Assembly: GCA_035652355.1 (NCBI GenBank)
Contig: DASRDY010000034.1
Span: forward strand, 14,973 to 78,972
DNA length: 64,000 nt
Direction: 5' to 3'
DNA from: Blastocatellia bacterium
Lineage (GTDB): Bacteria; Acidobacteriota; Blastocatellia; DASRDY01
Part shown: positions 27,649 to 37,409 of the stretch, piece by piece
Layout: each line of letters opens with the position of its first letter
Numbering within the stretch: position 1 is the stretch's first letter
Translations under genes and position numbers: made by a program
Notes under the pieces: model-generated
Database searches by the model: none
What the model saw: only the letters and a program-made list of their open reading frames with translations
Told to the model about the DNA's origin: nothing

Positions 27649-28623
27649 TTATTTGTTCAACGCATCGCGAGCCCGCATTGCCGCACCAACGGTTCCCGAA
27701 TTAGTACCTAACTCTGAAATCACAAACTGACAAGCCGCAAATGCAGGTCGAAAAGCGCGTCGGCGAACCTCTTCTACTGTTGGTTTCAGCAGCAGGTTAC
27801 CTGCTTCCATAACGCCCCCGCCAAGCACCACCATCTCAACGTTCAACAGATTGACCACGTTGGCTATGGCGACACCCAGGTACATACCGGTGCGCTCTAA
27901 CACCAACTGGGCTAGTTCGTCACCCTGTGCCGCCGCTTTCGCGATATCTTCGCTCGTGAACTCGCCACGCCGAAGCCCTAATTTCGAAAGAGAAGAGGTT
28001 GAATCCCTGAATAGGCGCTCGCGCGCCCTCCGGACAATATTAGGCGCCGAAGCTACAGTCTCCAGGCAACCGAAACTGCCGCAAGTGCAATCCAGTCCTT
28101 CGGGATTGATCGTCATGTGACCGAACTCTCCGGCAAAACCGGTTGCGCCCCGCCACATTTCACCGTCAAGGATAATACCCGCGCCGATCCCCGTTCCCAG
28201 TGTTATGAAAAAGACGCTGCGTTTTCCGCGAGCTGCCCCGATTACAAACTCACCGTAAGCGGCCATATTTGCGTCGTTGTCGAACACCACGGGAAGAGGA
28301 GCCAGTCGCTTAATAATTTCGCCTGTTATATCGTATTCGGCGGCATCGGGAAGATTGGGCAGGATCTCGACCTTGTTTGTCTGGCGGTTGATCAGGCCGG
28401 GAAGTCCCACACCAATAGCTTTGACCTGTCCGGCGCCGGCTGAGGCCATCATTTGCTTCAATCCGCCGACGATATGCTCGATCAAAGTCGGGCCATCTTT
28501 AGCTTCTGTAGGAGTGCTGTTGTGTGCTACTATGCTGCCTTCGCTGTCGACCAGCGCAACCTTGAGCTTACTGCCACCAAGGTCGGCGCCGACGTAGAGC
28601 GTATCTGATGGTGTCCGATTCAT
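27649..28623 (-). CDS. ROK-family sugar kinase (glucokinase-like).
   Basis: It has the VGADLGGSKLKVALVD ATP-binding motif and the zinc motif CTCGSFGCLE. GAGGAG lies upstream of the ATG at 28623. Confidence 0.8.
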   Translation of the reverse strand: MNRTPSDTLYVGADLGGSKLKVALVDSEGSIVAHNSTPTEAKDGPTLIEHIVGGLKQMMASAGAGQVKAIGVGLPGLINRQTNKVEILPNLPDAAEYDITGEIIKRLAPLPVVFDNDANMAAYGEFVIGAARGKRSVFFITLGTGIGAGIILDGEMWRGATGFAGEFGHMTINPEGLDCTCGSFGCLETVASAPNIVRRARERLFRDSTSSLSKLGLRRGEFTSEDIAKAAAQGDELAQLVLERTGMYLGVAIANVVNLLNVEMVVLGGGVMEAGNLLLKPTVEEVRRRAFRPAFAACQFVISELGTNSGTVGAAMRARDALNK

Positions 28624-28830
28624 GGGGCGTTTCTCCTCAATCGGCGAATATAACAAAGGCCCTAGAGCCTGTCAAACAACCCCTCTGCCGACCGATGCAG
28701 CAGGACTGACAGGCCGCGGAATTGGGATCAGAGGCGTTGCATGTCTGCCAGTTGATCCGTTGAGCTCGAACGGAAGGTCCGAAAAACTAAGCTGAATTCC
28801 ATTTTTAGCGCGTGATTCGATGGAAGCCCA

Positions 28831-29415
28831 ATGGAAGCTTGGATTAAATCCTTAATCGAGACTTATGGCCTTTACGCCATCTTTCTGGGCGTAATGATTG
28901 AAGGCGATTTCACGTTGTTGCTCGGCGGAGTCATCGCCCGAAGCGGCGGATTCACTTTCGAGCAAATCGTCATAACAGGCACACTGGCCGGATTTGTCGG
29001 CGACACGATCGCGTACGGCATAGGACGCATCTTCCGGCAAAAGGCAACCAGCCTTAACCTTTACGTTAAAGCCCGACCTCGTTTGGAAAAAATACGCCAG
29101 CGTTTCGGCATGCTCTCAGTTTTTGCGGTAAAGTACATCTGGGGACTCAGAACCACCAGTGCGATTTTTTGGGGGGTCTGCAATTTCGGTTTTCCGCGTT
29201 TTGCCGGGTTGACGTTTCTCAGTTGTGGCCTCTGGGTACTATTCCTGGCCGGATTAGGATTTTTCTTTACGGCAGGCATAGAGGAGTTAATGGGTCGAGT
29301 TCAGCGAGCAGAATTATGGCTGCTGGCTGGCGCTCTATTGGTCATAGTTGTACTGGTGATTCGCCGCCTGCATCTGGCCGAGCGGGCCATTGGCGAAAGG
29401 GTCGAAGAAAAGTAA
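28831..29415 (+). CDS. DedA-family membrane protein.
   Basis: It has YGLYAIFLGVMIEGDFTLLLGG and the typical length of 194 aa. Confidence 0.85.
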   Translation: MEAWIKSLIETYGLYAIFLGVMIEGDFTLLLGGVIARSGGFTFEQIVITGTLAGFVGDTIAYGIGRIFRQKATSLNLYVKARPRLEKIRQRFGMLSVFAVKYIWGLRTTSAIFWGVCNFGFPRFAGLTFLSCGLWVLFLAGLGFFFTAGIEELMGRVQRAELWLLAGALLVIVVLVIRRLHLAERAIGERVEEK

Positions 29416-29457
29416 TAGCTCTCCCATATAAAATAATTATCATAAAGCAGGTTTTTT

Positions 29458-30444
29458 GTGATTATTGAAACAAAAGTTCCCACCAGAATAGACCTGGCGG
29501 GAGGCACCATCGATCTATACCCACTGTTCTTATTTCACGAAGGAGCAGAAACAGTCAATTTTGGTATAGATCAATACGCTCGCTGCTGTTTGGAAACCCG
29601 CGATGATGGAAAATTTATTCTCGAGGCTACGGACCGGGGCGCGCGAGCCGAGTACGCCTCGTTTGAAGAGTTGAAACATGACTCTACCGTGGAGTTATTG
29701 TCAAAGCTTGTCTATTTTTTCCGGCCAAATACAGGCCTGACAATTACAACAGAGGCGACCGCGCCGGCAGGCGCTGGCCTGGGTGGATCGTCGGCTCTCG
29801 ATATTGCCATCTGCGGAGCACTAAACCAGCTCTCAGGTAATCGCTATACTCCCGAAGAACTATTGACGATCGCGCAGAATGTCGAGACTCAAGTGATAAA
29901 AGTTCCGGCCGGCTGCCAGGATTACTATCCACCGATGTTTGGCGGCGTTCTTGCTTTGCAACTAACTGCCGAAGGCGTCAAACGTCAAAGAATCGAAGTT
30001 GACGCCGAAGAACTGGAAAGCAGACTGGTGCTATGTTACACCGGCGCTCAGCGAAATTCCGGAATAAACAACTGGGAAATTTTCAAGCGGCACATCGATG
30101 GCAATCAACAGGTAATAAACCTGCTTGGCAACATCGGACGGATCGCTGCCGAGATGCACAATGCTCTTATCAGAAAAGACTATGACATGATCGGGCCTCT
30201 TCTCGATGAAGAGTGGCAAAATCGTCGTCAATTGGCTCCGGGCGTGTCGACACCGCAGATAGAAGAGCTTGCCAATGCGGCCAAACAACAAGGCGCCGTC
30301 GCGGTTAAAGTGTGCGGAGCTGGCGGCGGCGGTTGCGTCGTTTTTGGTGTTAAGAAGGGAAGTAAACCCGCAGTCGAATCGGTTCTGAGATCGTCGGGGG
30401 CAGAGGTAATTAGCTTTCATGTGGCCGAAAAAGGCCTAACCTAA
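29458..30444 (+). CDS. GHMP-family sugar kinase.
   Basis: It has VPTRIDLAGGTIDL at the N-terminus and the GHMP motif PAGAGLGGSSAL. It has a GTG start. Confidence 0.75.
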   Translation: MIIETKVPTRIDLAGGTIDLYPLFLFHEGAETVNFGIDQYARCCLETRDDGKFILEATDRGARAEYASFEELKHDSTVELLSKLVYFFRPNTGLTITTEATAPAGAGLGGSSALDIAICGALNQLSGNRYTPEELLTIAQNVETQVIKVPAGCQDYYPPMFGGVLALQLTAEGVKRQRIEVDAEELESRLVLCYTGAQRNSGINNWEIFKRHIDGNQQVINLLGNIGRIAAEMHNALIRKDYDMIGPLLDEEWQNRRQLAPGVSTPQIEELANAAKQQGAVAVKVCGAGGGGCVVFGVKKGSKPAVESVLRSSGAEVISFHVAEKGLT

Positions 30445-30903
30445 CTCCAAATATTCAGTCTCAGCGCCTTATAGCATTTATGGTGTTACTGAACGCGACG
30501 GAAATACCGGATATCATATACTTTCCCAAAACGTGCCACTTTTTTAGCATTCCTGATATTTTTAGCTTTTGTTTTTTTCAGATTTAGCATTATAATCTGA
30601 CTTGCCTGCAAAGACCCTTGTTGCAGGTTCTTTCCAGAAGCCGCAATGACAGGAGGAAGGACGGCTTCCAGCAACTAATGGCGTAGTTCAGATGAACAAG
30701 CGGACCACATATTGAATCTGTTACAAAGCGCCAACATCCACGTCCAGTGGCCGCAATAAGATAGTCGAGCTCGGGTTTGGAAAAACAAACTAGTGTCAAA
30801 TTGCTGACACAGTAATGTCCACCTAACGTTACTAATTAACTGTAGTATTCCTGTTGCTGCGGTACGGCCCGTACGCAGATCAGGAACTAATTAGAATACT
30901 ACT

Positions 30904-32352
30904 ATGATGGATACAATTCTCCCCCCGAGGTTAACAATGACCCCTAAAGCTGATGATCGTTTGTTTGTGGCTGCTGATCTCATCGACACTGGCGCGATTT
31001 TGGAAGCGCAGGACAAGCTGAAAGCCCTGGCCAGGTTTCCGATTACCTGTGTTTTAAACGCCGAAGTGGCTGTTCAATGTGGAAGATTGGACGAAGCCGC
31101 CGCGTTGTTAAATGAATGCGCCAATGACCTTTCAATCGTTTCAGAAGTTGCAAGGTTCGCCCGCGCCGAAGGCGAGCTGATGTTTGCTAAACACGAATTC
31201 GAAAAAGCAGCCAGCCGCTTTGAGTCTTCCGCTTATCTCAACGAATTGCAGAAAAGTCGGTTCGGCCTTGCCTGGTCGCTTTACGGACTTGCGCGAACCG
31301 CCATTGCAATGCGCAACTACGCAGAGGCTGAGAACTACATTGAGAAAGCGCAGGACTGCCTGAAGCTGAGAATGGACAACAAAGGTCTTTATTTGCAAGG
31401 ACTTTTGAACTTCAAGCAGGCAACAGTTAAAAAACACATGGGCGACCTCGAAGAGAGCGAACGCCTGTTCCGAATTGCAATCGATCAGTTGAATCGAACT
31501 GAGAAATTCCGAAATTACGGACTTGCGATGGTTGGCTGCGCAGAGCTTTTCGAGACAGGCGGCCGGTACGGCGAAGCGATTACCGTTCTGGAACAGGCAA
31601 TCACGCTTTTCCGGCAGCACGGCTTGTCGCGCGACCTGGCGCAGGCATTGATTGCCAGCGGTCGCGTGCTCCTGTTGCTGAAGAGATCCGACGATGCAGA
31701 GCGCCACTTGATCGAAGCCGTCGACCTGAACAGTAAATATTCCGGTGCAAACGGTCAATGCGCCTCATTGCTGCAACTGACAGAACTCTACCTGCGGCGC
31801 CGTCTGATGCCAAAAGCGCAGAGTAATATTGAAAAGGCCCTGGCAATTGCGCGCCAATCGACCGATGGAAATCTTCTGGGTTCGGTCTTAATCCTGCAGG
31901 CGAGAATCCTGATTGTTCTGAAAGAACCCCAGGCAGCCATCAGTGTACTGGAGCAGGCAGTTGAGCATGTGCGGGATCTGACGCCTCAGCAGCATGCTCA
32001 ATGTTATATTTATTTTGCCGACGCTTATCATGCATTCCACGTATCGAAAGGACAGGATTTTCTGGTGAGAGCCACCGAATTGATGTCAGGACAACAGGAA
32101 GTCTGGCTTAAGTCCGAATACGATTCTGTTGTCAATAAGTACAGACGGGAACGCGTGGTGGTCAACGGTGACAATAAATTCATTATCGACGGCAACCTGC
32201 TGCCTGAATGGGAGGATGCAAAGCGCGGACTGGAGGTCTTTCTTCTGCGCAATGCCCTCAAGCAGTCCGAAAACAACATGACGCAGGCCGGAAAGCTGCT
32301 TGGTATATCCAAGGTTCACGTCCACACGCGAAGAAAGCAATACGGACTTTAA
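30904..32352 (+). CDS. TPR-repeat protein with a C-terminal Fis-type (HTH_8) DNA-binding domain.
   Basis: About 400 aa of TPR-like helical repeats are followed by LLRNALKQSENNMTQAGKLLGISKVHVHTRRKQYGL. There is no receiver domain and no AAA+ domain. Confidence 0.7.
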   Translation: MMDTILPPRLTMTPKADDRLFVAADLIDTGAILEAQDKLKALARFPITCVLNAEVAVQCGRLDEAAALLNECANDLSIVSEVARFARAEGELMFAKHEFEKAASRFESSAYLNELQKSRFGLAWSLYGLARTAIAMRNYAEAENYIEKAQDCLKLRMDNKGLYLQGLLNFKQATVKKHMGDLEESERLFRIAIDQLNRTEKFRNYGLAMVGCAELFETGGRYGEAITVLEQAITLFRQHGLSRDLAQALIASGRVLLLLKRSDDAERHLIEAVDLNSKYSGANGQCASLLQLTELYLRRRLMPKAQSNIEKALAIARQSTDGNLLGSVLILQARILIVLKEPQAAISVLEQAVEHVRDLTPQQHAQCYIYFADAYHAFHVSKGQDFLVRATELMSGQQEVWLKSEYDSVVNKYRRERVVVNGDNKFIIDGNLLPEWEDAKRGLEVFLLRNALKQSENNMTQAGKLLGISKVHVHTRRKQYGL

Positions 32353-32356
32353 AACG

Positions 32357-32377
32357 GCGCAGGCTGGCAGCTTGGGC
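32357..32377. repeat. REP-like hairpin, family A.
   Basis: GCGCAGGCTGGCAGCTTGGGC lies between the convergent stop codons at 32352 and 32394. It closely matches the reverse complement of 36844-36868. Confidence 0.55.
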
Positions 32378-32393
32378 TCTTCTTTAGGTCCCG

Positions 32394-32840
32394 TTAAGCT
32401 CTCGATCGCAACAGCCTCTGATGATCCACCATCATGCAGCGATCCATCACGACTTTGATGCCGGACTTTGCAAGAAGTTCGGCTGAACCCCAATCTACAA
32501 TTCCCGACTGGGTCCAAAAGACCTTAGGTCGTTTTTGCAGCGCCTCTTCGGCATGTGCCCTGACGAATTCCGGCCGGCGAAATATCTGCATGATGTCGAT
32601 GTCACCTGGAACCTCGGTTATTACATCATAGGCATCGCGTTCAAATACGCGTTCGACGTTTGGACTTACCGGTATGATTTCGTAGCCTGCGCCTGAAAGA
32701 TAATTTGGGACATAAAAAGCGGGTTGTCCGGGTCGGTCCTTTATGCCGACTACCGCGATTGTTTTCGCCTGCTCAAGAATTTCTCTGACGCCGTCGTCAT
32801 CGTCGATCAGGTTGGATCGCCAATCTGTTTGATCTTGCAT
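32394..32840 (-). CDS. CoA-binding domain protein (YccU-like).
   Basis: It has TIAVVGIKDRPGQPAFYVPNYL and a length of 148 aa. Confidence 0.85.
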   Translation of the reverse strand: MQDQTDWRSNLIDDDDGVREILEQAKTIAVVGIKDRPGQPAFYVPNYLSGAGYEIIPVSPNVERVFERDAYDVITEVPGDIDIMQIFRRPEFVRAHAEEALQKRPKVFWTQSGIVDWGSAELLAKSGIKVVMDRCMMVDHQRLLRSRA

Positions 32841-33062
32841 TTAGCCCTCCTTGTACCTGATTGTAAGGAAGATCGCATCCGGCCACAACGAACGACCGAA
32901 AAAGATGGGAACGCCCGTTGACTCGTGCTGAGATCACTAACGCTGTGCTAAACCGCCGTCAGATGGAGTTCGTATCATGGATAACCGCGGTGACCGCGAT
33001 TTGATAACCGCGATTTTCTTTTACGAGCCGCATATTCATATTAAAGACTTCAGGATAACCTT

Positions 33063-34034
33063 ATGACGAGTTCTGCTTTAAATAAATCCGGAAGATGGCT
33101 GCGTTCAAGCGCTATATGTGGCACGGTAGTCTGGCTGCTTGTGCAATTTCTTTTACCGAACAGGACCTTGGAGATCAGTTTGACCAGCCGATTGGTGTTG
33201 TTGTCAATGCTTGTTTTGACGCCGCTTGCGCTGTCACTTGTTCCCGTCGTAATGGACGACAACAAAGAACCGTTCGCCTATTTCGCGGCGCGTCTTCTTC
33301 AACCTTTTGCGGCTGCGGCAGCGACGATTTCATTTCTTTTAAATGAAGGGAAAATAGCCGCGGAACTAGCCTCGCTGTGGCTCGTGTTCACCATTCTGGT
33401 GGCGTTGTTCGGGCTTGGAAGGCTCATTCAACGGCCAACCGGTTTTGAGCAGTTTTGTGTCGTGGCGGCCGCGCTTTACCTACCTGTTGGTGGAACGTGG
33501 CTGGTCGCTTCACGACTAGGGTACAGACCGCTGGGTTTCAGCACGGCGATAGTCCTGTTGACAGCTATGCACTTCCACTATGCAGGTTTTGCCGCCCCGG
33601 TTATTACGGCGATGGTGGGCCATCGCATTCGCCAGCTTCGCCCGTCATCAATGAAAATCTTCAATAGCATATCGATTGGCGTAATTGCAGGTACTCCGCT
33701 GCTGGCCGCAGGGATTACGTTTTCTCCGGTGTTGGAAGTTATTTCGGCGGTTATTTTGTCTCTATCACTGATGGGGATATGCTTTTTAATGATTGGCATT
33801 GTTGTTCCTGATACCCGCAATGCCTTTGCGCGGACGTTTTTGTTAATCTCTTCGATCTCCGTGTTTGCCGGGATGCTCTTTGCGACAGGATATTCAATTG
33901 GCAGCGTTTCGGGTCATCCGATAATAAGTATTCCGCAAATGGTGGAAAGTCATGGCATTGCGAACGCGTTTGGGTTTACATTATGTGCGCTGCTGGCATT
34001 CGTCATTACACAATCAAAGGATAATAAGGGATAA
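33063..34034 (+). CDS. Polytopic membrane protein of unknown function.
   Basis: 323 aa with about 9 hydrophobic segments. Any YndJ-like resemblance is only tentative. Confidence 0.6.
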   Translation: MTSSALNKSGRWLRSSAICGTVVWLLVQFLLPNRTLEISLTSRLVLLSMLVLTPLALSLVPVVMDDNKEPFAYFAARLLQPFAAAAATISFLLNEGKIAAELASLWLVFTILVALFGLGRLIQRPTGFEQFCVVAAALYLPVGGTWLVASRLGYRPLGFSTAIVLLTAMHFHYAGFAAPVITAMVGHRIRQLRPSSMKIFNSISIGVIAGTPLLAAGITFSPVLEVISAVILSLSLMGICFLMIGIVVPDTRNAFARTFLLISSISVFAGMLFATGYSIGSVSGHPIISIPQMVESHGIANAFGFTLCALLAFVITQSKDNKG

Positions 34035-34038
34035 TCCC

Positions 34039-34635
34039 GTGCCCAGTTCAAACGAATATTATTTCGTCAGTCAATGGCGAGTTAAAGGAACAGTAGTCGA
34101 AGTATCGGACATAATGAAAGACCTGTCATCTCTATCAGAGTGGTGGCCTTCGGTCTATCTCGAAATAAGCGAGCTTAAACCTGGAGACAAAAACAGCATC
34201 GGCAGACGCATGGACGTGCTCACCAAAGGGTGGCTGCCATACACGATCAAGTGGGAATTCGAAGTTACGGAATCGAAATATCCGTATGGCTCAGTTATAA
34301 GAGCGTTCGGAGATTTTGACGGCCGCGGAGAGTGGGTGTTCGAACAGGATGGCGAATACGTCAATATGAATTATGATTGGAGGCTGAAAGGCGAAAAGCC
34401 CCTATTCCGCACAATGTCGTTTTTGCTAAAGCCGTTATTTAAGGCAAATCATCGCTGGGCAATGGCTCGCGGAGAAGAGAGCTTAAAATTAGAGTTGTTG
34501 CGTCGCCGCGCGGGCTCGCCCGAAGAGGCCGCGAAGATTCCGCCGCCTCCGCCACCGACGTTTCCGCATAAAAGTTATTATGAAAAACGCTGGGGGAGAG
34601 CCAAGTCACAGGAGCACAAAGATGTCGTTGAATAA
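34039..34635 (+). CDS. SRPBCC-family (polyketide cyclase/START-like) protein.
   Basis: It starts at a GTG at 34039, preceded by AAGGGA, 4 nt after the upstream stop. YYFVSQWRVKGTVVEV...WWPSVY is typical of an SRPBCC N-terminus. The 33952 start in the ORF track overlaps the upstream gene. Confidence 0.7.
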   Translation: MPSSNEYYFVSQWRVKGTVVEVSDIMKDLSSLSEWWPSVYLEISELKPGDKNSIGRRMDVLTKGWLPYTIKWEFEVTESKYPYGSVIRAFGDFDGRGEWVFEQDGEYVNMNYDWRLKGEKPLFRTMSFLLKPLFKANHRWAMARGEESLKLELLRRRAGSPEEAAKIPPPPPPTFPHKSYYEKRWGRAKSQEHKDVVE

Positions 34636-36166
34636 AACCTTTCTAACTATCGTCGCGCTGATTCTGTTGTGCATTTCCACTCAATTCGTCGGCGCACAGG
34701 GCCAGCCACAACTTCCCATCAGCGGCCGTCGTTATCAGAGAATCGTAATTCATAATGCTATGGTGGTCGACGGAAACGGGACTCCTGCTTCCGGTCCGAA
34801 AGATATCGTCATCGAAGGCAACAGAATCACTCAGGTCATTCCGCTGGATCCAGTTGCCACTGGTCGAGGCTCCAGACGCGTGACAGGCGATGTCGAAATT
34901 GATGCTACCGGCAAGTACGTATTGCCGGGTCTCATCAACAATCATGCCCACGTGCAGGACGAGCGCGGCGGCATTCCTCAGCCGCTCGACTATGAGTTGA
35001 AGATCTGGCTCGCCTGCGGCATCACCACAATCCGCGACGTTGGCAGCGACACAAAAAAGACAATTGAATTGCGCGAAAAAAGTGCGAGAGGCGAAGTAGC
35101 CTCGCCACGTGTTTTTGTCTACGGCCGATTCAATACTACGCCAATGCCCAAGAACGCTGATGAAGCTCGCGCTCGTGTTCGCGAGCTTAAACAGATGGGC
35201 GTCGACGGTCTGAAAATTCTTGGCATCGACCGCGACATTATGGCCGCAATGGAAGACGAGGCGCATAAACTCGGTCTGCGCATAGCCCACCATGTCGGCG
35301 TCGAAGAGACTAACGCCTGGGACGACATCAAGTTTGGAACGACCAGCATTGAGCACTGGTACGGTATACCAGACGCCGCCATTGAAGGCGGCGTTCAGAA
35401 TTTTCCATCCAGCTATAACTACAACAACGAGACGGACAGGTTTCGCTATGCCGGTCATCTCTGGCGTGAAGCTAACCCGGAGAAGCTGAGCAAGGTGTTG
35501 CAGGCGATGGTGGACGCCAACGTGGCGTGGGATCCGACTCTGGATATTTACGAGGCGAGCCGTGATCTTCAGCGAGCTCAGACGCAGCCATGGTTTGCGG
35601 ATTATCTGCATCCTACTCTCGAAGAGTATTTCCGCCCGAATCCCGCCAATCACGGTTCTTACTTCATTGGCTGGACCTCAACCGACGAAGCGTTTTGGAA
35701 AGAGAATTATCGCATCTGGATGGCTGCTCTGCGCGAATTCGATCGCCGAGGCGGTCTGATCGGAGCTGGCGATGATGCTGGATTTATCTATCAAATGTAT
35801 GGGTTCGGGTTGATTCGCGAGTTGGAACTGCATCAGGAAGCAGGTTTCCACCCGATCAAAGTTATCCAGCACGCCACTGGCAATAACGCCAGGATTCTTG
35901 GTCAGGAAGAGAATCTTGGTCGCGTGCGAGCCGGCTATCTGGCGGATTTGATCGTAGTGAACGGCAATCCGCTTGAAAATTTGAAAGTTCTTTACCCAAC
36001 CGGAGTCGACGAGATTCGCAACGGTAAGACCGTTCACACTGGCGGCGTGGAATGGACGATCAAAGACGGTATTCCGTACCACGGACCGACTCTCCTGGCC
36101 GAAGTAAAAGAGATGGTCGCAAAAGCCAGGGCAGAGCGCGACAACCGCGCAGCCGGTAAAAAGTGA
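34622..36166 (+). CDS. Secreted amidohydrolase-family metallohydrolase.
   Basis: The ATG at 34622 is preceded by AGGAG. It has a signal peptide and PGLINNHAHV (HxH metal motif). The start overlaps the upstream gene by 14 nt. Confidence 0.8.
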   Translation: MSLNKTFLTIVALILLCISTQFVGAQGQPQLPISGRRYQRIVIHNAMVVDGNGTPASGPKDIVIEGNRITQVIPLDPVATGRGSRRVTGDVEIDATGKYVLPGLINNHAHVQDERGGIPQPLDYELKIWLACGITTIRDVGSDTKKTIELREKSARGEVASPRVFVYGRFNTTPMPKNADEARARVRELKQMGVDGLKILGIDRDIMAAMEDEAHKLGLRIAHHVGVEETNAWDDIKFGTTSIEHWYGIPDAAIEGGVQNFPSSYNYNNETDRFRYAGHLWREANPEKLSKVLQAMVDANVAWDPTLDIYEASRDLQRAQTQPWFADYLHPTLEEYFRPNPANHGSYFIGWTSTDEAFWKENYRIWMAALREFDRRGGLIGAGDDAGFIYQMYGFGLIRELELHQEAGFHPIKVIQHATGNNARILGQEENLGRVRAGYLADLIVVNGNPLENLKVLYPTGVDEIRNGKTVHTGGVEWTIKDGIPYHGPTLLAEVKEMVAKARAERDNRAAGKK

Positions 36167-36173
36167 GTTGTGT

Positions 36174-36287
36174 GGAGCGTTCCTGGGAGCGCGGGCATCC
36201 TTGCCTGCTTATCTTTACAACGTGCCGCTTAGCATATGAAGCGCGCGTTTCCCAGGTATGCAGGCGAGGCTGCCTGCGCTCCCAGGG
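36174..36287. repeat. BIME-like element: two inverted REP units, family B (hairpin plus GCGCTCCCAGG), with a 51-bp spacer.
   Basis: The reverse complement of 36182-36208 is GCAGGCAAGGATGCCCGCGCTCCCAGG. The unit at 36260-36286 is GCAGGCGAGGCTGCCTGCGCTCCCAGG. They match at 24 of 27 positions. Confidence 0.65.
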
Positions 36288-36424
36288 TGAGCATCTTGTG
36301 AGCATTGCGCCGCATCTATGCTGATAGAATACTGCATAGATTCTCACGTTCTATCAGGCTCAAAAGTAAATCTTGAAACGAACCACGATCCTTTGTGTGC
36401 TTAAGAGGAGGTGGTGGAGTAAGT

Positions 36425-36841
36425 ATGGACAGAAAATATAAACAACGCGGGTATATGAGTGACGACCGCCCGCAACAATCAGAAAGACCGAAACCTGCGG
36501 AACGCCCCGACGGACCGCGGACTCATAAACTGCCTCCCGTGCATCAAGTGTTCAGGTGTTCGTTGTGCGGCTCTGTTGTTCCGAAGCTGGAAACAATTAC
36601 CTTCACAACTCAATGTCCGAAGTGTAAATCAGATCTGCATTCCTGCAAGAACTGCATTCACTTCGATACGTCTGCAAGAAACGAATGCCGACAGCCGATA
36701 CAAGAGCGCATCAAGAAAAAGGATATGGCGAACAATTGCACATTCTATCAGCCGCGACAGACGGTAGAGCGCGAAACGACTACTTCGTCAGAGAGGATCA
36801 CCGATGCTCGATCTGCCTTTGATAAGTTGTTTAAGAAATGA
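36425..36841 (+). CDS. Cys-rich zinc-ribbon protein of unknown function.
   Basis: AGGAGG lies upstream of the ATG at 36425. It has CSLCGS...CPKCKS...CKNCIH...C cysteine pairs and a basic, disordered N-terminus. Confidence 0.6.
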   Translation: MDRKYKQRGYMSDDRPQQSERPKPAERPDGPRTHKLPPVHQVFRCSLCGSVVPKLETITFTTQCPKCKSDLHSCKNCIHFDTSARNECRQPIQERIKKKDMANNCTFYQPRQTVERETTTSSERITDARSAFDKLFKK

Positions 36842-36843
36842 CG

Positions 36844-36868
36844 TAGCCCAAGCTGGCAGCTTGCGCTA
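36844..36868. repeat. REP-like hairpin, family A.
   Basis: TAGCCCAAGCT-GGC-AGCTTGCGCTA forms an 11-bp stem with one mismatch. It begins 3 nt after the stop codon. Confidence 0.6.
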
Positions 36869-36944
36869 TGTCGGAAGATGATGCTAGCCTTATTGCTCAG
36901 GAATAATTGGCCTGCTCCTCAAATTGAAATAATCAGGAGACGGA

Positions 36945-37409
36945 ATGCGAAGAAAAGGATTTGTTGCGACACTGTTGTTCTTGCCGATCATAGCGGCTTT
37001 TTCGCTGCTGCCAAACTTAATTGGGAAATCGAGCCAAACACAATCAAGTGCTCATCAGACAGAGCATATCGATCCGAAGACTAAGAAGAAGCTGCCGCCA
37101 TATTACGATAATCCTGACGACGTGAAGGACCTTCCAAAGGTGCTTGACCCTGATCAATTCAAAGATCCGAATACCAAAAAAGCTTATCAACTAGCTAAAG
37201 ACAATCCTCGTCTCCTGATGCAACTGCCTTGCGGTTGCGGGTGCGACGTATCGGATGGTCATAAGAGTCTATTGTCCTGCTACACCGACAAACACGGCGA
37301 GTTTTGCGGTACTTGCCAGCAGGAAGCACTGATGGCAGGCGAACTGTTTGCCAAAGGTACACCGATCACTGAAATCAGGGCCAAAATCGTCGAGAAGTTC
37401 ATTTATTAA
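36945..37409 (+). CDS. Secreted PCYCGC-motif family protein (here PCGCGC), a putative metal- or redox-binding protein.
   Basis: It has a signal peptide. LPCGCGCDVSDGHKSLLSCYTDKHGEFCGTCQQEA matches the pattern I recall for Pfam PCYCGC-family proteins (PCxCGC...GH.S...C...H...C..C). Confidence 0.6.
   Translation: MRRKGFVATLLFLPIIAAFSLLPNLIGKSSQTQSSAHQTEHIDPKTKKKLPPYYDNPDDVKDLPKVLDPDQFKDPNTKKAYQLAKDNPRLLMQLPCGCGCDVSDGHKSLLSCYTDKHGEFCGTCQQEALMAGELFAKGTPITEIRAKIVEKFIY

Noticed and set aside
34643-35653. A 336-aa ORF antisense to the amidohydrolase gene.
   Set aside because: Its codons are exactly in register with the sense codons, so an antisense stop would require a sense TTA, CTA or TCA codon. 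The long open frame is therefore explained by the absence of those three codons from this stretch of the sense gene. The sense product has clear amidohydrolase motifs, while the antisense product has no recognisable features or RBS.
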